From the IMG/VR virus record IMGVR_UViG_3300045988_161343: a stretch of DNA of 64,000 nt, one strand, 5' to 3'. Both the position numbers and the translations under genes were made by a program. A model generated the notes under the pieces. It searched no databases and was not told the origin of the DNA. It saw nothing but the letters and a program-made list of their open reading frames with translations. This document shows, one piece after another, positions 39,901-51,119 of the stretch. Every line of letters starts with the position of its first letter. The first letter of the stretch is position 1. Origin of the DNA: a virus.

Positions 39901-40212
39901 TAAGTGTGTAGCAAAATCCTAAAGAGTATAACCACTCTAGCTTAAACTCTTTGAAAATTTTGATAAATCTAAACGCCCAGTATTAACATTAGTCGCCTAA
40001 TCTAAAGCAATTTTTAACTCCTAAACTGCTGCCGAGGCTTCATCTATTTCTTTTTTAGTGGCATTAACATCAAAAAATTTAATATTTTTTGTTGCTATCT
40101 AATTCATTAAAGTATCTAATGAACTTTGTAAATCTCGTAATTGCTATTTAGCTTGACCTGTATCAGCTGTAAATCGCATATTAACATTATAATTAGCACT
40201 GTTATTAGCCAT
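30901..40212 (-). CDS. tail tape measure protein, about 3103 aa, about 96 in-frame TAG, no TAA/TGA
   Basis: RBS aaaggagctattttATG at 40212; one phase links ORFs 38605..38964, 36193..36444, 35200..35385, 34192..34392, 33637..34014, 31669..31923 to TGA at 30901-30903; TMP-like N-terminal motif WDSLSRAEQVALA-TAG-TVGGVRQY; Gly-run GGGGGGGG. Confidence 0.65.
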
Positions 40213-40256
40213 AAAATAGCTCCTTTCTCTCATTATAAATTTCTATATATATAAAG

Positions 40257-40289
40257 AAAAGGCGAGAGGAACAAAGCCTCTCGCCTTTT
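40257..40289. terminator. rho-independent terminator upstream of the tape-measure gene (bidirectional)
   Basis: aaaaggcgagaggaacaaagcctctcgcctttt. Confidence 0.6.
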
Positions 40290-40327
40290 AATATTCCTAT
40301 TTAAATTAGAAATTAATTATAATATTT

Positions 40328-40854
40328 TAACCCATCTTGGTTAAAATATCTTTTACTAAAGATAGACTCTCAGGATTAGAAATCTTATCTTGCAGTTCAT
40401 TAACATCTAAGTTTAAATTAGAATAATTCTGATTCATAGCATCCATAATTCCATAAACACTATTATGATATTTATAATATCCATTAAGTGTTTTATAAGT
40501 ATAGACTTCTAAATCATCAGTTTGATTACAATCTACTTGCTTCTTCAATTCTTTCATAAACCCTGATCCAACAAGTAAATCATAAAGTTTATACAAATCT
40601 TCTTTTTGCTTATCAGTAAAAGATAAATTTGTATAATTAAATACTATTGCTAAATCCATATACATATGGAAAGCAAATTCATTCAAAAATTCATTATTAA
40701 AATCAATGACTTGTTGAATGACCAACTAAGCAATATCCATTCTTTCCTTAATAGACAAATACTGCTTTACTTCAATAGATTGCTCATTAAAACTCCATTC
40801 TTTTACCTAAGAGTTTTTTTGAAGTGTAAGCTTGGAAAATGCCAATTTTGCCAT
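40328..40854 (-). CDS. small tail protein before the tape measure (tail-assembly-chaperone position), about 175 aa, 2 TAG
   Basis: RBS gaaggaggcgaggtaATG; ORF 40327..40725 extended upstream through TAG. Confidence 0.3.
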
Positions 40855-40967
40855 TACCTCGCCTCCTTCTTTATTATATTTTAAAAAAATTACCTAGGTA
40901 AATTTTTTAATTTTCATTATCTTACAAATATATTATAACAAAAAAATTTTTCAAAGTCAAAAAAATT
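40855..40967. promoter_or_regulatory. intergenic element: three CAAAAAATTTTT-like A5-T5 repeats plus 12-bp palindrome ttacctaggtaa
   Basis: Read directly in the 113-nt gap between two tail genes. Confidence 0.3.
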
Positions 40968-42287
40968 TTACTAATCCTCAAAAATTTTTTCAAAATTCAT
41001 ACTAATAGGACTATATAGAGCTTGTTCCATGGACATTCTTCTTTTATCATTTTCTAAAATACTTTTAGATCCCTATTTTTTATTAAAATATAAATTCATT
41101 TCTATATCTTTTGCCAATTTAGCTGTTGATAAAACTTTTAAGAATCCTTCTTTTTTAGGATTATTAATAACTAAAAATTTAGTACGACCAATATCATTAA
41201 TAAAATTTGCCATTACATTCTAATAAGCATACTTAGTATCTCCAACTCTTTGCTTAGCCCCTGTTAATTCATAAATAGCTCTAATTCTAAAAAACATTTT
41301 AGGTACATCATTATGCTCGGCCATTTTAGAATGCCTTGCCATACAATTTAACATACGAGCATATCTATATAACTTATAACTTGTATCTCCATCGGCTACG
41401 GTTAAAAAAACACGATAAGGATTAGTATGGCCTAAACCTATAAAACTATTTGATAAATAGTTTTTATCACTAAAAGTAGCTAATAATAAAGCATTAACTA
41501 CTCGTTCTAACATTGTTGCGGTAGCTGTTATTGAAATATTATAATTTAATCCTGTATTATCAGCTTTTATCTATTTACTCTAAATAGCACCGACTTTACC
41601 ATTTTCTTTAATTTGAGTATAAATAGTAACAGCTTTTAAATTATTTTTTTGACGTTCTGTTGTAGTATTACCTGAATCTTTTTTTTCCTGCCCAATTTTA
41701 TAAGCTAGCCTAGAGAAATAATTTATGGCAGTTTTTGTTGCACTATCTATGACTCCATCACCAGCATTAATAATTAAATTTTTCATATTAATACTATCAA
41801 CTAACTGACCAGAACGATGTGTTTGAGGTAAAGGACCATAAGGCATTTCTATATTCTAAAAAGCATAGTCAATAGTAGTAATAAATTCATTCATAAAATT
41901 TTCTAATAAAGCACCACGTTCAGAACTATTAGCTCCTTTTTTCACCAATCCTCCATTAGTAAATAAATTAGGATTTACCATATATAACTAATTAAATAAT
42001 TCGGCTAAAGCCTAATCCTAAACTATTTTTACTAAAGACTCGGTAGTGAAAGACATTTTTTTACTATAATTATTTTGTATCTATTTAATTCCATTTAAAA
42101 CTTCTTCTAATAATTTAGCGTCCTGAACTTCTTTATTAGTAATCATATCATTTGGTCGAGCTGCTGCTCTATATGTTTCCAAAAGACTATTTAAATAAGT
42201 AGGAGTATTTACTTCATTTTTATATGAAACTCCCTTTTGTTTATAATAAACTAACTAATTTTTCTAGGCATTTGTTAATTTTGCCAT
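40968..42287 (-). CDS. tail structural protein (about 439 aa, about 13 TAG)
   Basis: ATG 42287; ORFs 41580..41846 and 41220..41513 in the same phase; ends TAA. Confidence 0.4.
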
Positions 42288-42317
42288 ATCTTTTTCTCTC
42301 CTTTTTCACAAAATAAA

Positions 42318-42345
42318 AAAAGGAGAGGGATTAACCCTCTCCTTT
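42318..42345. terminator. rho-independent terminator after the major tail protein gene
   Basis: aaaaaaaggagagggattaaccctctccttt. Confidence 0.6.
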
Positions 42346-42497
42346 AATAATCTTTTCAATAAGTTCATCCTCTGTGAGAGGAGCTTTATTTTCTTTTTGT
42401 TGAGAAATTTTATTTTCTTTTTTCGACTTTTTAATTACGACTTTTTCTACTTCAGACGCTTTAATAGGCCGTGGAGCATTAGAGCTAATAATCATAA

Positions 42498-43583
42498 TTA
42501 AATATCAAAATAGCTGTCGTGCATCGGATCATGGATAGTTTGAGTACGATAGACACTATCATTGTCAATATCTTCAATGATCTGAATTGCAGCAAGTACT
42601 TTCTTAGTAGGATTGAAACGAGTAGTTCCTGGGAAAGCATCAAGCGTGAAAGTGAAAGTCGCAGGATCGCCAGTCGCGGCCATGCTGAAAGTAAAGTTAG
42701 ACTGAATCTTGCAGTTAGGGATTATAAATTCTGCTGGAAGATCAACGCCGTCTTGAGTACGGAATAGAGTAGAAGCTTCAAGATAGAAGTTGCCACCAAA
42801 AGATTCAGCAGTAATTTCAATTTGACAAGTCTTGCTGGCTTTCTCAATATAATAATCAAGAAGAACAACAGAGCCTTCAAAGAGTTCTAACTTATGTTCT
42901 GCACCGGCTTCAGTTTCATCGACGATTTTGTAAGTAGAAGTGATTTCCTTAATTTGAAGACCATAATAAATCTAAGTACCAGCTTTGGCTTTAGTATCAG
43001 CTTCTTCATCAGTGCAGGTCTTATACTTCATTTCAGTTTCATCAAAATAGAACTTTTGAGGTTTTGTTGGCGCCTCTGCCTAACGAATAACTGTAGGAAG
43101 ATAAGGTTCAGTTACTGGCTCATCATTGTCAACTCGCATAGCATAAATATAGAATTCACCCTTATGCGCACCAGTAGTAGTATCAACTTGTTCATATGGT
43201 AAGTTCTTAACAAAAATTTGTACACTCTTTTTATCCTCAGAGAGAGCGACAGCAGTTGTTTTTTCAGTTACATGCTGTTTAATCGTATTCTATTTAGAAG
43301 CATCAATAAGACCTGCTCCAGCAAGAATCATGAAACCTTCAGCAGAAATAAGAGCATCTTCCATAGTGAATGTTAAAGTACGGTCGCCATCCCAAGCTAC
43401 TAAACGAGCATTGCCGCGTCCGCCTTGTGCATATACGGTTGTAGAAGCACCTTCAAGGCTAGAAGTTTTTAATGTATCGAAATAAAGAACTGGTTCGTTC
43501 GCATAGAAAACTTTATTACCAACCTTCATAGGAGCACGAGCTTTTAATACGACATCGCATATCTCACGAACACCAAATTTCAT
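42498..43583 (-). CDS. putative major tail protein (about 361 aa, only 3 TAG, GC-richer)
   Basis: ORFs 43290..43583 and 42498..42683 joined through TAG; RBS aaggaggaaataaccATG; followed by a strong terminator, like an abundant structural gene. Confidence 0.5.
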
Positions 43584-43663
43584 AGGTTATTTCCTCCTTA
43601 ATAAAATTTAAATTTTATTTATATAACTCGCTACAAAAATTAGTAAAGCGATTTATACAAAAT

Positions 43664-44399
43664 TAATGAATGTTTTTCATCCAATTGTCAGGTTTTTTAT
43701 CTGACTTAGCTCCTGCTAATCTACTCTTTACATCAATATCCCAATTAGTGTAAAGAGAAAATCTTTCTATTAAATCGTATAACTAATACAATGTTAAATT
43801 CATACAATCTTCTAATGACATTGAATCTAATCCAATAGTCAATGTGGAAACGTATTGGCTCAAAATGCTTGAATCGGTAACCCCTTTAAGTTCAGCGACT
43901 CTTTGACGCCCTTTCATTAATTTATTAGCTATTTCTTGAGCTTTCTTATTAGCAGGATTATAATTATCTTGCCCATTTTTATTAGTATCAAAACAAAAAA
44001 TTTGTCTTGCTACCGACTAAAATAATTCAAAGTTATCATCATCAATATTAATCTAAATATCACTCTCATTATACTAAATAACAATAGATCTAGGAGTAAA
44101 TGTAGACTTTGAATTTGGGAATAGTAATGATAGAACCTATTGCGCGGCTTTACGTCGTTTAACATTATCTTTCTATAGCATTACCATCATAAATATCTAA
44201 AAATTGGTAGTAGTATCCAAATCATTCTTGTCCTGATTTGTTATACTATTTTTATTAATACAAAGACACTGAGCACCAGTAAAAAATTCTTTTTCGCCAA
44301 TCAATGCTATTTCCTTTATCTTAGGCTAATGAAGAGTCAATGGAATTTCTGGAACAGGTAAATCTGTTCCGCACATTAAACTAAGTTTATAATCCATTA
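43664..44399 (-). CDS. hypothetical tail-module protein (about 245 aa, about 8 TAG)
   Basis: ATG overlapping upstream stop (TAATG); ends TAA. Confidence 0.35.
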
Positions 44400-44987
44400 G
44401 TTCATTTTAGGCATTTTAAAATAATCCTCGATAAACATTTGTTCATCAGCAGGATTTGGCATATATTTTTTATCTTCTCCTCCGTGTATTGTATCATATA
44501 ATAAACAAAGTCCAGCAAATTCATCAGTTAATATAATTTGCTATGCTCCGACGAAATTAAGTTGCCCAATTCCAGTTAAATGTTTTTTATCTAACATACT
44601 ATCAAGTTCAGCAGCAATTCTATAAGGTCTTAACTAAAATGAATCAGCTAACTGCCACTAATTATAATGACAAATAATATCAAATTCAATAGTATTATCT
44701 CTAAATTCAGGATTATCTCCATTAGGAGTGAAATTATCAAAACTAATAACGATATAATTTAAAACATCTTTATCTATATATAATTTTGGTAAATTCCTTA
44801 TATTCTTGCCAAACATTTTTACAAAATTCTAATCACTTACTTCTGGTTTTTTTAACGCATCAGGAGTAGTGTAATAAAGTAATTTACGCAAACGTTGATT
44901 CGCGGCCATACGATCAACTATAATTCTCATATCTTTCTCTTGGGCCAAAAATGCTGACTCTGGATTTTTTACATTATCAATTTTCAT
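44398..44987 (-). CDS. hypothetical tail-module protein (about 196 aa, 4 TAG)
   Basis: RBS ggagaaatcggagaATG; ends TAA. Confidence 0.35.
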
Positions 44988-45008
44988 TCTCCGATTTCTC
45001 CTTCATCT

Positions 45009-46004
45009 TTAAAATAAAGATTCAACTACAATGGTTTTACATTCTGGCCCATAGAATAAATCAAACTAACCACAATATGTAGTTTCCCATCGTAATTTTA
45101 AAGTATTTGTTTCTTCATTTACTTTAACTGTTAATGGTAATTTTTTATCCCAAGTCCATTCGCCAGAGTTAATTCCATCATATTTATATTCATATACTAC
45201 TTTAGGCTTAATAAAAGTATCCCCTATAATGCCATTCTCTTTACCCGAATTAGGATCTTGAACCGGCTATATTAAACCATTGACAATACCATTATCAATA
45301 TCATCAGCAGTTTCATTAGAATAATACTCGACAGCGTTAATTTCAATTATTCCAGGAGTAGAATACAAATCAGTAGCTTCAATACGCCAACATGTTTTAT
45401 TAGGGTCATTCTATAAATAAAATTTATTATAACGCTAACATAATTTTACATTATCATCATTATAAGGTAATAATATATTTAAAGAATGATTAGGGGTATC
45501 TATACTAATTTCATGCTTTTGAATATAATTAATTTTAGTTTCAACAGGACCACGCAAAGCAACATAAGTTTTATGATAATTTTTATTTTCATCTTCCCAG
45601 GCAATTTCATAAGAACAACGTCTTATATTACCACGAAAATAAGCCAATTCAGTTAAATCCTGTAAATAAATTAACCAATAAGTATTTGTACCTAACCACT
45701 AAAAAATATCCCCAGTTTTAAAATTACTTTCAAAACCAATTGAAATAATTTTTTCATCGTAATCCTATTTTATTTTATCAGGATTAATTAATGCACGACG
45801 TTCAATAGTATCTTTATCATCATATAATTTTTTTACCAAGGCAGCTTGATAAGAATAAAGTAAAGCTCTACTTAATGTTTTACGTTTATCTCTTATCATT
45901 CGTTCTTGCTGTCCTGTTACTCCATCGCCATATAAATATCTTGTAAGCATATTGGCTTTTGGAATACGGCTATACATTGCATCTAAATATTCATTTTTAT
46001 TCAA
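45009..46004 (-). CDS. hypothetical head-tail joining module protein (about 331 aa, about 6 TAG)
   Basis: ORFs 45765..46004 and 45435..45647 in one phase joined through TAG; ends TAA. Confidence 0.35.
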
Positions 46005-46290
46005 TGTGAAGCCCCCTTAATAAAGTAATAGCTTCAAACACTGTCTTTCTATAAATAGGAAATTCAATTTCAATATTTTTTAGTCCTTCTAATTTACTTA
46101 AAAGAATTAAATACTAACTATCATTAAAAATTTCCCCAAGACCAGTTAATTCAATAATTACAGTATTTAACTAAGATAACCAATCTTCTTCATTTTCACG
46201 CATAGGAATTAATTTCCATATCTAATTAGTTAATCTATTAATATTAATATTAATTAAATCATTATCTATATTAAAATTATATTTAGTCAT
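45997..46290 (-). CDS. small head-tail joining protein (about 97 aa, 3 TAG)
   Basis: ATG overlaps upstream TAA (ATGACTAA). Confidence 0.3.
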
Positions 46291-46894
46291 CAAGGGCACT
46301 TACCTCCCTTAGAACAGACCAGTTAGATTTAATATATCCATTATCATCAGTTTTACGACGCTTATATAATCTCTGCATATGAAAGGCCTAACGTCTTACT
46401 TCTGTTCTCAATGATAACAATTTCTACATATGATTTGCCTATGAAGTAAATTTAAAATCTGTACCAGAATATTTCATTCTTGTTACTTCAATAGATGCCA
46501 ATTGACGTTCTACCCAAGCTTCAACCATAATTAAAGCCAAGATATTAATTTCTTCATCATCCAAATCGGCATTAAAATAGGAGGTATTCTCCTTTGAGAA
46601 TATCTCCTAAAAAGCATCATCTATATCAATGTTACTGCCAGCTACTTCTTCAGATAAATCTCCGCCTAATGGTATATCAATATTTCCGCCATCAATTTCC
46701 CCTTTTATAAAATCAGGAGCATCTTCATCAACTAAAACATAATCTAATTTTTTACGCGGAAATTCAAATCCAGGGATGCTATCAACAAGCAATTGACGTA
46801 AATCTAAAAATGTATCATGAGGAGTAAGTTCTAAATACATATCATCTGTTACTTTGCCTAAAAAGCGTTCATAAATCTTATAAAAATATGTCAT
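46291..46894 (-). CDS. putative head-tail connector/adaptor (about 200 aa, 5 TAG)
   Basis: ORF 46607..46894 extended through TAG; DLDDEEINILALIMVEAWVERQ resembles the gp6/gp15 connector family motif. Confidence 0.45.
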
Positions 46895-46916
46895 ATAAAA
46901 CCCTCCTTATTTATAA

Positions 46917-47483
46917 TTAACCTTCTTTTACAACGTTATAACGAGGAGTAGTTCTACGACCAGGAGGCGTTGTGGGCTTAGTTTCGGTCTTTACTCTACG
47001 TTCAGGAGCTTTTGGAGTAATTTGTTCATCCTCTGCAGCTTCAGCTTCCTTATTGGCTAATGCTCGATCAAGGTCAAATCCAGTTTTATCCTTAAGAGCC
47101 TTACGCTTATTGTAATCACTCATAGGAAGAGATACAGCATAACTCTTAATCATATCAATAACTCCAATAGGAGCAAAATCAAGGCAGTCAAGGAATTCAT
47201 CAAGAGTTCCTTCGGTAAGAAGCTTAATAACTCCAGCGTCGTCTAAATAATATTCAGGTTCTGTATGAATACCTAATTCTTCTGTAGTTTCAGTATCCAC
47301 AATCTTTAAGAAATTTTCCATTAAAGTGCGGCCTCCGCTAAGATAGGCAAGTTTCTCTAATTCCTCAAAAGGAATTTTCTTAGTTTCTCCAGGGGTAAAT
47401 TCTCTGCGGATACCTTCTTCAGGAATAGTATAAACAACCATTCCAGCACTTCTATTAGTAACTATTAAAATTTTTTTACTCAT
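46917..47483 (-). CDS. structural protein downstream of the capsid gene (about 188 aa, no TAG)
   Basis: RBS aaaaggagaataaaaaaaATG at 47483 inside ORF 46917..47540. Confidence 0.4.
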   Translation of the reverse strand: MSKKILIVTNRSAGMVVYTIPEEGIRREFTPGETKKIPFEELEKLAYLSGGRTLMENFLKIVDTETTEELGIHTEPEYYLDDAGVIKLLTEGTLDEFLDCLDFAPIGVIDMIKSYAVSLPMSDYNKRKALKDKTGFDLDRALANKEAEAAEDEQITPKAPERRVKTETKPTTPPGRRTTPRYNVVKEG

Positions 47484-47516
47484 TTTTTTTATTCTCCTTT
47501 TACTCATAAAACAAAA

Positions 47517-47548
47517 TAGGGGAGAAGGGGATTTCCCCATTCTCCCCT
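47517..47548 (-). terminator. imperfect hairpin terminator/attenuator after the major capsid gene
   Basis: ggggagaatgggg...ccccttctcccc followed by attttgtttt on the minus strand. Confidence 0.5.
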
Positions 47549-47583
47549 AAAAATATTATATATTAATTTTTAGTTAATATCAA

Positions 47584-48720
47584 TTACGGCTTATCTTCAT
47601 TACCGCCATCAATAGTATCATGAGAACCAGTAATCTGACCAGCATAGTCACGGACCTTACCAGTTACGCCATCAAGATGCCATGTCTTCATATCACCAAG
47701 AAGTTCAGTATCACAATAGCAGCAGATGTTATTAGCTAACATAGCAATAACGCCGACTTTCTTATAAACCTGAATTTCACGGCTACGATCATAATTGGTA
47801 TATTCATCAACAATGGTATTGCCTTCCATAGCAACCTTTACAGGCTTACTATCAGCCCCAGTAGGAATAATCCAAGCATAACCTGGGTCAATGACTTTCT
47901 TTTCATTAGTAGCATCTTCAAAGCCCTGCTCAAGAATAACTACTTTATAGCCCTTATAGGAAGCAAGACGGCCAGTATTCCAAAGCTCATTTTTCATAGC
48001 TTCAGTATAACGCCAAGCATCCTTCGGAATCATACGAACAGCAAATTCATAAGTGCAATAAATAGTAGGAGTACCATAAGCAGAAGCAATCATAAGTAAC
48101 TTATCAAAACCGGGTTCATCAAAACCATTAGCAACTAAACGGTTAGCAGGAGGTAACTGGTTAACAGAAGCCTTTAAAGCACCAGCAATCTCTTTATAGA
48201 TAAGTTCATCCATACCTTCCATGACGATCTGGGTAACAACACCAAAATCGACACGGCCATCAAGGAATTCCTCAAAGCCAATTTGAGTAGCTCCGCCGAT
48301 AGCGCTTGTACGGACTTCAAAGCTTTCTTCAGTCTTACCAAGCTTGAATACTTCATAGATACCAGCTAGGCCGACACGAGTGATGAATTGCTTTGCACGA
48401 GTATTGTTGCTGAACTTTCTACGGAAAATAGGCTTGTCACCCTGTTTAAATGTCTTAACTTCAGCAAACTGATTATATTGCTCTTCAACTTTCTTAGGAA
48501 GAACTTCATCAATAGTTTCCTCAATCATTGAGAAAATAAGGTTCTTATTATCACGATATAAAGAATAAGTTCCAGCAAGTTCATTTAATTCTCTGCGGAG
48601 AGTTTCATTAAGAGCATCATAAGAAAGGCTTTCGCCATTAAAGCTGTAAGCAGTAGGAGTAGAAGGATCAGCCTTAGCGACAGTCTTCATTAATTGAACA
48701 AGATTTTTTCTATCTAACAT
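47584..48720 (-). CDS. putative major capsid protein (378 aa, no TAG, GC-richer)
   Basis: Intact standard-code ORF in the head module between scaffold-like and connector genes, followed by attenuator hairpin; HK97-like assignment is inference. Confidence 0.55.
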   Translation of the reverse strand: MLDRKNLVQLMKTVAKADPSTPTAYSFNGESLSYDALNETLRRELNELAGTYSLYRDNKNLIFSMIEETIDEVLPKKVEEQYNQFAEVKTFKQGDKPIFRRKFSNNTRAKQFITRVGLAGIYEVFKLGKTEESFEVRTSAIGGATQIGFEEFLDGRVDFGVVTQIVMEGMDELIYKEIAGALKASVNQLPPANRLVANGFDEPGFDKLLMIASAYGTPTIYCTYEFAVRMIPKDAWRYTEAMKNELWNTGRLASYKGYKVVILEQGFEDATNEKKVIDPGYAWIIPTGADSKPVKVAMEGNTIVDEYTNYDRSREIQVYKKVGVIAMLANNICCYCDTELLGDMKTWHLDGVTGKVRDYAGQITGSHDTIDGGNEDKP

Positions 48721-48736
48721 TTTTCTTCTCTCCTTT

Positions 48737-49514
48737 CTTACGCGATTCGCATAATCTTAACGCCCTTCTGATGATCAGGCATTTCATAAACCTTGACAAC
48801 CTACCATTGGATAGAGCTATCACCAGATTTAGAAAGCATACCATCAGCAGCACGAGGACTTAAAACATCGCCAACTACAAGAGTAGCTTCGGCAATAGTA
48901 TTAGTCGTAAAAATATCACCAACATTGGTCTTGAAAACACGAGGAACCATATTAGTGCCGGCAGGCATTCTACGGGCCTCATAAGGACCATCAAAATGTA
49001 AAGGATCTTCTTCATAGAAGAGTTCACGAATATCAGGACCAGCAGTAACATCATCATACTCATAAGTATGTTGTACACCCTGACTATCTGTAATAGTCAT
49101 AGAAGTATTACCTTCGGCATCCTTGCCGTTTAAATAGCGAGCCTGACGTGTACCAATTTCCTGCTTGCCATCATAGGGGCTGTAATAACGAGCCTGATAA
49201 TCGTCTTTGCGCATAGCAAATTCGCAATCAGCTTGTTCCTCACGATAAAGTTTAATTTCATTATAAACTAACATCCATTCGCCCTTGCCAGTGAAATCAA
49301 CTTCACCAAGGTCACCAGCAGCATAGTCATACTTAACAAACTGGCCATTTTCAAGAAGCTGGATATTTTTGTTAGCAGGTAATTGAGCGTAAATCTGACC
49401 AGTGCGCTGAGCACTTAAATGATTAGGCTCAACCTGACCATAGCCATATTCAACGTAGCCGCCCTTAACAGCAGATACGCCGCTTAGGTCTTTAAGCATA
49501 TCTTTTAAAAGCAT
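48737..49514 (-). CDS. head protein (about 259 aa, 1 TAG), decoration/auxiliary capsid candidate
   Basis: ORF 48801..49514 continues through one TAG to TAA; immediately upstream of the capsid gene. Confidence 0.4.
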
Positions 49515-49562
49515 TAGGTTTTCCTCCTTAAAAATTTATTATTCCATAGTTTTCGCAACATC

Positions 49563-51106
49563 CTATACTGCCTTAATCCAAGCAGGAATGCTATCGTCAT
49601 TTACATCATTATTAATATTATATGTAAGTGGGTCATTTTCTTTCTTTTCATTGGTATCGAAATTGACCTTATTGCGAACACAGATAATAGAAAGCTTTGC
49701 TTCAATATCATCTAATGAATAAGTATCAATATTAGCAACAACATCTTTCTTATCATCATCAGATAACATATAGAAACTATTAATCATTTCTTGCTTCTTT
49801 TCTCTTTCAGCCTCAGTTTTGAACTGAGTTAAAGAAGCAAGTTCTTGTTCGAGCTGTGTTTTCTTTTCAACTAATTCATTATATTTAGTTTCAAGTGCAG
49901 CATACTCATCTTTTAATAAACCATATTCAACTACATCTTCCAAAGAGTACTTAGCTTTCTTTTTCTTTTTTTTCTCTTCGTCATCCTCAGTTGGTTCTTC
50001 TTCTTCTTCATCAGAAGTATCAGTTGGTTTATTTTCGGGAGTGTCCTTCTTTTCACCATCTTTTGGCTGATCTTTAGAAGGATCTTCCTTATTATTATCA
50101 TTATTCTCTTTATTGTCTTTATCTTTTTCGTCCTTTTTTTTCTTCGCAAATTCTGCGACTTTTTCAGGATCGAATTGAGGGTTATCAGAAACAGAATAAT
50201 CAGTTAATTCAGAAACTTCACCAGGAGTGAAAGTATCATTCTCCATAGAAAAATCTAAACGAACGAACTTATCATCTTCCTTGACAATAGCAAATAAATT
50301 ACCATTGTCTTCACAAACTTCTTCAATCATTGCATTACCTGCTCCGAAGCCCTTAATGTAAGAATAAAGAGAAGTCCAAATGGAATCACCAATCTCCACA
50401 CTATATCTTGTGAACACTTTTGTTCCTCCTTTACCTTCTAATAATTCTTTTAAATCTTTCATCATAGAGAATAATTGCTCATTAAATTTATCACTAAATG
50501 AGAAATGCATCGTAGGTGCAGTAATATTAGCTCCTTCGAAGCAAGGTTCACAATCTTCTCCAAGAATACAAAGTTTCTTAATTATTGCTTCATTTATAAT
50601 AAAAAATTCGGGCATTCCATTCTTATCTTTCGACCAATACGCATTAATTTTTTCATCATCTAATTCCATAGATTGATTATTGCCTTTTTCAATAATACGT
50701 TTACTTTCTGGATAAATGTCTGTCCAGATATAGCCTTCAGTCATTAAATATTCATGCTCGTTTTTTCCATCATCTAAAAATTTCTAAAACCATACTTTAG
50801 CTCCCAAGTCTACAAAACCATAAGGAACAGTAGTATCTTTAATATCAAATTTACCATTAGAAATATCAATAACACGATTATGTTCTTCATAATCCCCATT
50901 GGCTTCATTAAAATAACCAACGATAGGACTACCTGGTAAACTTTGTGCTAAATCTTTAGCAACCTCTTTTGTTATAACACTTCTATTGCGATTTGGTTTA
51001 TCACCAACATAACAAACTTTAATCTAACATTTAGAAATTAAAGGATTTATTTTAGTGATATTAATAAACTCAACAGGAGTATCTAACTTAACACTTGTAT
51101 GTCTCA
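49563..51106 (-). CDS. putative scaffolding protein, possibly with N-terminal protease-like domain (about 514 aa, 2 TAG)
   Basis: GTG start after RBS aaggaggatttata; ORF 49563..50744 extended upstream through 2 TAG; charged low-complexity region then coiled-coil C-terminus; between portal and capsid genes. Confidence 0.45.
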
Positions 51107-51119
51107 CTATAAATCCTCC

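Noticed and set aside
42894-43202. Plus-strand ORFs 42519..42767 and 42894..43202
   Set aside because: Antisense to the major tail protein gene; no RBS; hydrophobic low-complexity translations.
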